A DNA stretch of 64,000 nt from a virus, in the IMG/VR virus record IMGVR_UViG_3300037502_002391, positions 1 to 64,000 of that record. One strand, given 5' to 3'. The notes beneath the pieces were generated by a model, which worked only from the letters and a program-made list of their open reading frames with translations, was not told where the DNA came from and did not search any database. The translations under genes and the position numbers were made by a program. Positions 17,907-25,865 of this stretch are shown in pieces. The first letter of the stretch is position 1; each line of letters starts with the position of its first letter.

Positions 17907-17908
17907 TG

Positions 17909-18103
17909 CTATGTAAATTTAATATATGTTATAATGAAACTAATTGCCAAACTAAATATAATTTTATCTACTGTTTTTAGTGAATTCTTTTCAATATACG
18001 AAGCATTACCAAAAAATAAAATAAATATTCTAGTAGTAAAATAAATCACTACTAGAATACAGAATACAAACAAAAAATAAAATATTGGCAAATAATTACT
18101 CAC
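17909..18103 (-). CDS. Small 2-TM membrane protein
   Basis: Two hydrophobic segments. Confidence 0.65.
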   Translation of the reverse strand: MSNYLPIFYFLFVFCILVVIYFTTRIFILFFGNASYIEKNSLKTVDKIIFSLAISFIITYIKFT

Positions 18104-18284
18104 TATCTTTGGTTGTTTTCCTTTGTTTAACTATATCAAGTCTAGTCTCCTGTAATAGAGCTTTTATTTCTTGTGCTGTTTTTCTAGCTCTTGTACCTGC
18201 ACTTTTATTCCCTTTACGATAGAATCTATCAGCATCAGAATAAAATAAATCCATTAATTGTTTAAGTTTTTGAATAATTTCCAT
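18096..18284 (-). CDS. Histone H1-like Hc1-family protein
   Basis: KGNKSAGTRARKTAQEIK signature typical of Bacteroidota Hc1-like proteins. Confidence 0.8.
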   Translation of the reverse strand: MEIIQKLKQLMDLFYSDADRFYRKGNKSAGTRARKTAQEIKALLQETRLDIVKQRKTTKDSE

Positions 18285-18299
18285 TTTATATTAATTTTA

Positions 18300-18764
18300 T
18301 TAAGTTGATAAATTTTCATCAAGTAATCTATAAATTTCTGTTAATATTTGCAAGTCTGCTTTACTAAAAGTACCCTCAATATTGAACAATTCAGATATAA
18401 AAGTCTTTATTGCTTTTTTATCGACTCCGGATACTTTATTGTAAAAAATATCAAAATAAAAAATCTTTAAATACTTGTAATGATTACCATTCTTTTTAAG
18501 AATTATATTTTCTTTTTTAAAAGAATCAATAGTTTTTTGCCAACACCAATCAAAATGTTTCTCATTATCATCCTGGGTGTATTCTATAGCAAAATTATCA
18601 TTATGCGAATCACCTAGATATGTTTGGCTTATTGTATTATTCAATGAAATCAATATATCCAAAAATAGGTCAACCTTTTCTCTATTAATATTGTGCATAT
18701 TAAAATAAGTTTCAAGTTCCTCTTTGGGTATTGGCTCAACTAGCCAGTTAAAAAAATTCTCCAT
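18300..18764 (-). CDS. Hypothetical protein
   Basis: 154-aa ORF. Confidence 0.75.
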   Translation of the reverse strand: MENFFNWLVEPIPKEELETYFNMHNINREKVDLFLDILISLNNTISQTYLGDSHNDNFAIEYTQDDNEKHFDWCWQKTIDSFKKENIILKKNGNHYKYLKIFYFDIFYNKVSGVDKKAIKTFISELFNIEGTFSKADLQILTEIYRLLDENLST

Positions 18765-18788
18765 AAATCATTGTCTATGGAGAATTTT
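18753..18788 (-). promoter_or_regulatory. 13-bp hairpin sequestering a start codon; terminator-like
   Basis: AAAATTCTCCATA-N10-TATGGAGAATTTT; the 3' arm contains the ATG of 18300-18764. Confidence 0.6.
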
Positions 18789-18815
18789 AATACAAAAAAA
18801 ATATAATTGTATATA

Positions 18816-19862
18816 TTATTGTGTTTTTTGATTATAATTAATTAATTTTTTCATTTTATCAAATTCTTCAACTAGAATTGGATTCCTTTTTGTGCTTTCT
18901 TTCATTTTTTTAATGAAATCTGGTCTTTGATCCCCATCTTGTACTATATGTACATCTTGAGATTTCTGATATGCTCTTTTCTTTTCCCCAGCAAAATAAT
19001 TATTCTTTCTTTTTTTATTTACATTATTGTTAATATCACTTTTTTCAGTGTTTGCCCATTCAGGATTATTTCCTGTTCTTGAACTTCCCTCAATATTGTC
19101 TGTTAACCATTCATCATCTGGGCTAACCTCATCATATGATAAATTCTCCATACCTGGTCCACGACCCAGATTATCAATATATTCTTCTTCTGCTGAATCC
19201 ATACGATAAGCCTTAACATCAGACTTCTTTAATTGTCCATTTGTCTTTGGAAAAGTATCTGGATTCTCAACATACTTGCCATTTGAACCATACTTAATAT
19301 ATTCAGACATTTTTTTGCCAACATCCTTTAAATTCTTTTCATTCTCACTTTTTGACTTCTTTAATAAAGATTCAACATCAGTTAAACTTTTTGGCTTTTT
19401 TGTAAATGTATTCCTTTCTGCTTCATTGATAATATCTTTTATGAATGAAACCAACTCATCTTCTGTCATTGCAATAGTACTATGCCCTAAATTAGCTTCA
19501 CTAGATTCATTAATAATGTTTTCAATAAAAGATACCAATTCTTCTTCTGTCATTTTGACACTCTTTTTACCTTTCTTCAATAACTTAAAATCTTCAGCAT
19601 CAATTTTGCCATTCTTGTTTTTGTCAATCTTATGTTGTTTACCAACTAACTTTTCTTTAACTTCTTTTTTGCCTTTCTTCAATAACTTGAAATCTTCAGC
19701 ATCAATTTTGCCATTCTTGTTTTTGTCAATCTTATGTTGTTTACCAACCAATTTCTCATCTATATCTTTCTTCATCTTTTTTTCAAATAACAAATTTGAC
19801 CTTTTATTAAATTCTTCATTTAATACCTTGTTAACAATTGAATCAATACTATTTTTATTCAT
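18816..19862 (-). CDS. Probable head-internal protein with two EF-hand-like repeats
   Basis: Two copies of KLVGKQHKIDKNKNGKIDAEDFKLLKKGKK (102-bp period); two copies of MTEE/DELVSFI..IINE; TATTTATA upstream. Confidence 0.6.
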   Translation of the reverse strand: MNKNSIDSIVNKVLNEEFNKRSNLLFEKKMKKDIDEKLVGKQHKIDKNKNGKIDAEDFKLLKKGKKEVKEKLVGKQHKIDKNKNGKIDAEDFKLLKKGKKSVKMTEEELVSFIENIINESSEANLGHSTIAMTEDELVSFIKDIINEAERNTFTKKPKSLTDVESLLKKSKSENEKNLKDVGKKMSEYIKYGSNGKYVENPDTFPKTNGQLKKSDVKAYRMDSAEEEYIDNLGRGPGMENLSYDEVSPDDEWLTDNIEGSSRTGNNPEWANTEKSDINNNVNKKRKNNYFAGEKKRAYQKSQDVHIVQDGDQRPDFIKKMKESTKRNPILVEEFDKMKKLINYNQKTQ

Positions 19863-19883
19863 AATAACTTTTTTATATAAATA

Positions 19884-21257
19884 CTATGATTTATGATTTG
19901 TTATAAGGTTTTTGACCTGAGATTCAGTAATATTCCACTTTTTAGCAACATTTTCAACAATTTTTTCAAATCTATGAGGTGTTCTAATAGCCTCCTCAAT
20001 ACCACCAATGTCAATTGTTTCAAATCCTTTTAACTTATCAAATGCTGGATTTTGCTCAATAGGGTCTTTCTTTGCTTGTTTCATAACACCCCAGGTAGAT
20101 GGCTTCATTTTCATATGATTAATAACCAAATATTCAATAACATCAACATTTGTTCCCTCAAATGATTCAATCCAATCAGCATATTGTTTCACATATTCAG
20201 CAGATTTTGCATCATGCCCATATGCTGTTGGTTCACCTGTCTTGGGGTTAATTGCATAAGTATCCATCTTTCCCAAGTCATGGAATAAAGCAGCCATAAT
20301 CATATTTGGATCATCCCCATACTTGTTATAAGCCCTCCTTAATACCAGGATAATGTGTTTTAATGAATTACCTTCTGGATGCCATTTACTTGGTTGTTTT
20401 GCTCCCCATTGGTCAAAAAATAATTTCTTTAAATCTTGTGGCAATGACCTAATAAGTTCTTGTGCTGTACTTGGAATTTCTCTCTTGTTCATATTTTGTT
20501 CAGTTAATTTTAATGCACCAATATCCCCCTGATTACAATATGGGAATTTTAAACACTTTTTCTTCACTTGCACAAATTGTCCTCCTGGTATTTGTGTCTT
20601 GCTCTTCCCCCTCCAATCTTTCTTTTTCATAGATTTTGCCCACATCCCTGGAACCTCATAAGACCCCGTAGAAGCAGTTGTAGTTGCTTCCTTGGCTTCT
20701 ACCTTCCCTTCATTAAATATTGGCTTAAAATTAATTTCTGTCCACTCATTCTCTTTTATTGGAACACAATTTGGAACCATTTTTCCATTCTTCATTTTTC
20801 CCCCAACTCGTCTATATCCTTTCCAACATGCTTCACTCATACTTTCAAGGTTGGGAAATAATGGTGCAACATAACCACCAGATGAACCTGAACCAGTTGC
20901 TTCCTTAGTTTCCATCTTTGCCAATTTTTTGTAATAGTTGGGGTCTTCCCAAAGATGGTCTTTTGCAATTTGTCTAGCAATTTTAATACTACTAGTATGT
21001 TCTTTCTCAATGTTAACACCTTTGTTTAGTTGTTTTTTCAAGAAAGCAACATAATCTGTTGAATCTTTTGTTTTATTGTGTTTTCTTTCAATATCTATTA
21101 AAGATATATTTCTTTTTTTTAATTCCATTTTATCATCTTCTTTAATTTCACCATCATTAACCATTCTAATGTAATTGAATTGTGCTGGGTATGATTTTGA
21201 ATTCTTTGAAAATTCACTAGCTATGGTATTAGCAAAAAGTTTATTTGGATCTTCCAT
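19884..21257 (-). CDS. Modular protein: DUF5661-like + CWxGY motif + HD-domain phosphohydrolase
   Basis: EHT...IAKDHLWEDPNYYKKL; CWKGY...KNGKMVPNCVP; HPEGNSLKH...ALFHDLGK...GH. Confidence 0.7.
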   Translation of the reverse strand: MEDPNKLFANTIASEFSKNSKSYPAQFNYIRMVNDGEIKEDDKMELKKRNISLIDIERKHNKTKDSTDYVAFLKKQLNKGVNIEKEHTSSIKIARQIAKDHLWEDPNYYKKLAKMETKEATGSGSSGGYVAPLFPNLESMSEACWKGYRRVGGKMKNGKMVPNCVPIKENEWTEINFKPIFNEGKVEAKEATTTASTGSYEVPGMWAKSMKKKDWRGKSKTQIPGGQFVQVKKKCLKFPYCNQGDIGALKLTEQNMNKREIPSTAQELIRSLPQDLKKLFFDQWGAKQPSKWHPEGNSLKHIILVLRRAYNKYGDDPNMIMAALFHDLGKMDTYAINPKTGEPTAYGHDAKSAEYVKQYADWIESFEGTNVDVIEYLVINHMKMKPSTWGVMKQAKKDPIEQNPAFDKLKGFETIDIGGIEEAIRTPHRFEKIVENVAKKWNITESQVKNLITNHKS

Positions 21258-21260
21258 AGG

Positions 21261-21506
21261 TTATGCATTTTTTAATTTTGGTTCCCAATAACTCCTATTC
21301 TGCCACATAAATTGATAGAATTCTCTAAACATCTTAACTGTTATATCTTTAACCTCACCTTCAAACTTGCCTCTCCTAAATTCTTTTTGAAGTTTTTCAA
21401 TCAACTTATTCTCATATTGAGATAGTGTACTACTTTCAAAGAAATCTTTTATTTCTTTTCTCATTATAGTTTCAATTTCCTTCTTTTCAGATTGTGTTAA
21501 TGCCAT
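21261..21506 (-). CDS. Hypothetical protein
   Basis: 81-aa ORF. Confidence 0.7.
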   Translation of the reverse strand: MALTQSEKKEIETIMRKEIKDFFESSTLSQYENKLIEKLQKEFRRGKFEGEVKDITVKMFREFYQFMWQNRSYWEPKLKNA

Positions 21507-21919
21507 TACTTAAATATTATGGAATATGTAAATCCAAATATTGATAAACCTATTAGGATTTGATTTATTACATTCTTTGTCTTTTCTTTTTGTAAAAGAT
21601 TTTTATTGTCAATATAACTATTATTTAAAACCTCATACTTATCATTCTGTACTTTAATTAATTCTTTATATTTCTGTTCTTTTTCAATATATGAAAATAA
21701 TAATGAATCTTTTAATGCTAGTTTTCTTGAATTCTCAATAATTAAGTTATTTGTAGTATTCAATTCATTTCTCACAGAATCATAACGAATCAAATCTTTT
21801 GCTATTTCTTTCACAATGCTAATTGGGAAAGTTTTAGTTTGAATTGAATCTGTATCTACTTGTGAAGAAACTATCAATGGCAGCCATATTAAAAGTGTCA
21901 ATAGAAATAACTTTTTCAT
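21506..21919 (-). CDS. Signal-peptide coiled-coil protein with C-terminal hydrophobic segment (spanin-like candidate)
   Basis: N-terminal signal, heptad region, C-terminal TM; overlaps the upstream TM/coiled-coil gene. Confidence 0.5.
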   Translation of the reverse strand: MKKLFLLTLLIWLPLIVSSQVDTDSIQTKTFPISIVKEIAKDLIRYDSVRNELNTTNNLIIENSRKLALKDSLLFSYIEKEQKYKELIKVQNDKYEVLNNSYIDNKNLLQKEKTKNVINQILIGLSIFGFTYSIIFK

Positions 21920-22244
21920 AATAATATCTTCTAATAACTTCTTTTTTGTTGTTTATATCTTTTATGTTTTTATCAATTTCAGAAATTTCATTAAAGTACT
22001 TATCTATTTTTTCTTCTAAATTTTTTTGACTATCCTCAATTCTTTTATTTGATTTTTCTAATTCAACAATTTTTTGGTTTGTTTTATCATCCAACTTAAC
22101 TTTTGGTTCAGATTTCTTATATAGTGTTATTCCAATAAATACTAAAAATATAATTAATATAATTTTTAATATAGCATTTAAAAAACTATCAAAGTTTCCA
22201 GTTAATTTGGTGTTTTCTTCCTTATTGCTAATATTTTTGACCAT
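21834..22244 (-). CDS. Single-TM coiled-coil protein (i-spanin-like candidate)
   Basis: TM ILKIILIIFLVFIGITLY followed by a long coiled coil. Confidence 0.5.
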   Translation of the reverse strand: MVKNISNKEENTKLTGNFDSFLNAILKIILIIFLVFIGITLYKKSEPKVKLDDKTNQKIVELEKSNKRIEDSQKNLEEKIDKYFNEISEIDKNIKDINNKKEVIRRYYYEKVISIDTFNMAAIDSFFTSRYRFNSN

Positions 22245-22780
22245 TTTGATTTAAACTTTTGATAATATTGTTCTAATTTTGTTATTATATTTAAAAAATC
22301 TTCATCAACTTTAACAATATCAGCACTAACATAAACTCCACCATTCTCACCAATCGTATATAAAAATGTGATATTATCATCAATTAATTTACCACCCCAC
22401 TCCACATTATTCTTATATAAATGTAATTCATCAAAATCAACAAGATCTGAAACTTCCTCAACAAATTCATCCATTGTTTCTTGAAAAGTTGATTTATCAT
22501 CTGTTGTTATACTATCAACTTCTGATCTTGAATCCCCATGTATAACAAATATTCCTCCAGATATTTTATATTTTTGTTCAAACTCTGTATTTTTATTCAC
22601 ACTGCCTTTGCCATCATCATAGTCATCTCTAACAGTAGCATCATCTTCAACATTTTTTTTTATCCTACTTGAAATACTATCAATTGTATTTATTCTTGAC
22701 ATATCTGAGGTTTGCTCAAATAACATCTTTGATTTTTTCAATAGAGATTTCATCTCATCATATCTACTTTCTATTATCAT
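22202..22780 (-). CDS. Hypothetical protein (possibly virion-associated)
   Basis: 192-aa acidic ORF. Confidence 0.7.
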   Translation of the reverse strand: MIIESRYDEMKSLLKKSKMLFEQTSDMSRINTIDSISSRIKKNVEDDATVRDDYDDGKGSVNKNTEFEQKYKISGGIFVIHGDSRSEVDSITTDDKSTFQETMDEFVEEVSDLVDFDELHLYKNNVEWGGKLIDDNITFLYTIGENGGVYVSADIVKVDEDFLNIITKLEQYYQKFKSKWSKILAIRKKTPN

Positions 22781-23369
22781 TTTCTAATTTTTTTTCAAAA
22801 AGTTTTATATCAAAAGATGGTGATATATCTGTGTATGTTTTGTATATGTTACTTCTGCTTATTATTCCATTAAATTTTTTATCAATATCTGTATTTGTAT
22901 TATGTCCTATGAATTTTTTTTCTATTTTCATATTTTTACAAATGTATAAACATAATAAAGACAATTTATTAATTTGTTCATCTGTATATGTATCCCAAAA
23001 GTCATAATCTCTCCACTTTTTATAATATGGTTCACCATTATAAATATCGCCAATCCAATTATTATTTAACCCAGTATTTTTATTTTTTTCAATCCAACCA
23101 AGATTCTCAATTGCTACTACTATTGAATTATAATTCAAAATATCCTTGTTGAAAAAATTTGAATACTCATCATCATTTAATAAGTTTAATACCTCCCCTT
23201 TTTTTGTGATTACATAATTTGGTATTTTATCATAATTACCATTATGCCTATATTTTAGGGATATTAAGTAATTCTTAATATCCCTAAAAGTATTAATTAA
23301 CACTATTTTATTTTTAATCTTTTGTTTTCCAGTAGGTTTAAAATCACCATACTTAATTATCTCCAGCAT
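22764..23369 (-). CDS. Amidase_2 (N-acetylmuramoyl-L-alanine amidase)-like protein, possibly degenerate
   Basis: PNYVITKKGEV, NSIVVAIENLG, YTDEQI..L..L, IGHN and DISP motifs; first Zn-binding His replaced (IVLINT). Confidence 0.65.
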   Translation of the reverse strand: MLEIIKYGDFKPTGKQKIKNKIVLINTFRDIKNYLISLKYRHNGNYDKIPNYVITKKGEVLNLLNDDEYSNFFNKDILNYNSIVVAIENLGWIEKNKNTGLNNNWIGDIYNGEPYYKKWRDYDFWDTYTDEQINKLSLLCLYICKNMKIEKKFIGHNTNTDIDKKFNGIISRSNIYKTYTDISPSFDIKLFEKKLENDNRK

Positions 23370-24240
23370 TCCTTTTTCTATATGTTAATCTATTTAAATC
23401 ATCAATATTATCATTTAAATCACCCAAATTTAAATTTATCTTTTTTCTTCTTGTGTTTTTTGGTTTTTGAGTCTCAATTAAATCTTCTTTTAATAAAGTA
23501 TCTTCCAATAATGTTGGTGTAACTCTTGGCTTATATATTCTTTTTGTTGGTTTTGGTGAATCAACAAAAGGTGCTAAGTCATCCTTAGATTCAATATCAG
23601 TCTTTGATTCCTGTTTAGATTTTGTTAGATTATCAAGATATTCTTCTAACTTATCTAATTCATCCTGGGTTGGTGTATAAATATTTTTTTGTTTTTCTGC
23701 CTCTATTTTACCTGCTTCTATACTTAATTTATCCAACTCATCATCAGTTAATTGTTGGCTTGGGACCTTAGTTTCTGCATTGTTCTGATCTCTTAATTTT
23801 ACCAACATATGCAAGAAAGATAAAGATATTATAGGCAATAGACCACCAGAGAATAAGGCCAAAACCCTTTTATGCCCAATAATATCACCCTCCTCAATAA
23901 AATATTGAAAAAACACATTTGATAACTCTACCCAATCTTTAAATTCTTTTGAGTTTTCATCAATGTATTGATATGAATAAAAGACATTTCCAACTAATTG
24001 TATTAGTGTAACAATACCAAAAGGTATATACACATTCTTACCCATATGAACTGAGATTGCAGCCAAAGCTGATAAGGCTGCAATCTCAATACCAAAAGAT
24101 AGATAAATAGCCCAAGTTGAATTATTTGTTAACCCATACCAACTAGTCACATGTGAAATTGACACAATTGCAACAGTTATAATTGGAACTAAAAATGCAA
24201 AATATACTATTTTTTCTAAATTTTTACTAAAAATATTCAT
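23353..24240 (-). CDS. Multi-TM membrane protein with acidic cytoplasmic tail (holin-like candidate)
   Basis: About four TM segments in the N-terminal half; adjacent to the amidase-like gene. Confidence 0.55.
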   Translation of the reverse strand: MNIFSKNLEKIVYFAFLVPIITVAIVSISHVTSWYGLTNNSTWAIYLSFGIEIAALSALAAISVHMGKNVYIPFGIVTLIQLVGNVFYSYQYIDENSKEFKDWVELSNVFFQYFIEEGDIIGHKRVLALFSGGLLPIISLSFLHMLVKLRDQNNAETKVPSQQLTDDELDKLSIEAGKIEAEKQKNIYTPTQDELDKLEEYLDNLTKSKQESKTDIESKDDLAPFVDSPKPTKRIYKPRVTPTLLEDTLLKEDLIETQKPKNTRRKKINLNLGDLNDNIDDLNRLTYRKRNAGDN

Positions 24241-24524
24241 TATCTAAGTTTTTCTAATTCTAAATCAATTTGAGTTTGTCTATTGACATCTAATATTTTT
24301 CTATCTGTTGACTGAATAAATCTTTTTTCAGTTTCTAAACTCATTATCTTCAACTGTTTGTCTAGTTCTGCCTTAGTGTAAGTTGAATCTTTTATTGCTG
24401 TAATTTCTTTTCTTATTTTAACTAACTCTCTATTATCTGAACAACTTCCAAAATAATTTAAAGTCAATAAAACAAAAACAATTGTAATAAAATTCTTTTT
24501 TAAAAAGTTTCTAAAATTTTCCAT
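24240..24524 (-). CDS. Small membrane-anchored protein
   Basis: Start moved to MENFRNF (24524); hydrophobic stretch ending FGSC, possible lipobox. Confidence 0.6.
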   Translation of the reverse strand: MENFRNFLKKNFITIVFVLLTLNYFGSCSDNRELVKIRKEITAIKDSTYTKAELDKQLKIMSLETEKRFIQSTDRKILDVNRQTQIDLELEKLR

Positions 24525-24543
24525 AAAATTTGTTGTTTTAATT

Positions 24544-25344
24544 TTAAATATAATCAAATAATACTTTTGACTCATTTCTGAGTTTTTTAAGTGCTTTTTC
24601 TTTTATCTGTCTAACTCTCTCCTTTGTTAGGTTGAAATCAACTCCAATTTCTTCTAATGTTCTAATAGAACCATTGAGACCAAAATAATCTTCAATAATT
24701 ATTTTTTCTCTATTATCAAGAAGATTCAAAATGTTTAATAACTTTTCTCTTAAAATTTGCTTTGTGTTAAAAACATCTTCAGGATTGTCAGCATTATCAT
24801 TTTTAATTACAGTTAATAGTGTATCACCATCTTCATTTAATGTAGAATCCAGGTCAATTGTGAATGGTAAATTTGTTAACTTATCTGGTATATTATTGTC
24901 AAATTCATTTAAGAATTTCTTAATCTTATGATATTCTTGAACAATATTTACAGGCAACCGGATTGTTCTAGCATTATCATTTAAACACTCAATTATTGAC
25001 TGTTTAATCCACCAAACACCATAGGAGATAAACCTCAAATTTTTTGACCAATCAAATTTATCAATGGCTTTAAGTAAACCATAATTACCTTCAGCAATCA
25101 AATCAGATAAATCCATACCTTGATTTTGATATTGCTTACACACACTAATGACAAATCTCAAATTACCTTCAACTAATTCTTTCTTTACTATTTCTTTTTG
25201 TGCTTGTGTAGAATTAGAATCTAGCATTATTTTTGCCAATTCCTTTTCTCGTTCAATGGTCATAACTTTCAATTTCCTCACATCTTTTAAATATGATGAA
25301 ATTTCTGATTGATTAATCATTGTAAATGTTTTCTCACTTTTCAT
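24544..25344 (-). CDS. Phage-encoded sigma-70 family factor (RpoD/SigA-like)
   Basis: YLKDV (1.2); NLRFVISVCKQY, DLIAEGNYGL and ISYGVWWIKQSI (2); RTIRLP (3); TLEEIG...LTKERVRQI (4.2). Confidence 0.95.
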   Translation of the reverse strand: MKSEKTFTMINQSEISSYLKDVRKLKVMTIEREKELAKIMLDSNSTQAQKEIVKKELVEGNLRFVISVCKQYQNQGMDLSDLIAEGNYGLLKAIDKFDWSKNLRFISYGVWWIKQSIIECLNDNARTIRLPVNIVQEYHKIKKFLNEFDNNIPDKLTNLPFTIDLDSTLNEDGDTLLTVIKNDNADNPEDVFNTKQILREKLLNILNLLDNREKIIIEDYFGLNGSIRTLEEIGVDFNLTKERVRQIKEKALKKLRNESKVLFDYI

Positions 25345-25831
25345 TTGTGTGTTGTTTTGAATATTTATCTAATAAACCCCTCTCAATTGTGGTTAATGAA
25401 GTTATACCTTTTTTTGAAATCTTTTCTAATATTAAATCTAAATCAGTTTCTGATTCCCCCTCCCTAATTTGAGAATATATCTTATTTAAATTATCCCCCT
25501 TTAATATCCCCAAGAATGGTTTTTTTGATTTTTTAAAATTATCTGGAATGTCATTTAGACCCAAATCATTAAAATTATCCATAGGGAAGAATGCAGCATA
25601 AGTATCTCCCAACTCAACTAATGTAAATCCATAACATAAATGTCCTAAAATACTACTAAGGAAAGTGGATAAATCAAGCAATTCAACATCTGATCCAAAA
25701 ATCATTATTGTAGAATCCCCCACTGTAGTTACAAGTGGTTCTGTATCTGAAACTTCAGAAAAATCCTCAAAAAATGAATCAATATTAAATTTCTTACTAG
25801 CCTGATAGATGGTTAAGTTGTAGTTCTTCAT
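25334..25831 (-). CDS. Hypothetical protein with C-terminal LDxILEKISxxGxxSLT motif
   Basis: DLDLILEKISKKGITSLTTIER (DUF6576-like); TATCTTTG -7 box at 25846-25853. Confidence 0.65.
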   Translation of the reverse strand: MKNYNLTIYQASKKFNIDSFFEDFSEVSDTEPLVTTVGDSTIMIFGSDVELLDLSTFLSSILGHLCYGFTLVELGDTYAAFFPMDNFNDLGLNDIPDNFKKSKKPFLGILKGDNLNKIYSQIREGESETDLDLILEKISKKGITSLTTIERGLLDKYSKQHTNEK

Positions 25832-25865
25832 TTCTTTTTTTTTTGCAAAGATAAGGTGTTTTTGA

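Noticed and set aside
19276-19896. 206-aa plus-strand ORF and similar short antisense ORFs throughout
   Set aside because: Shadows of Lys/Glu-rich minus-strand genes with no recognisable motifs
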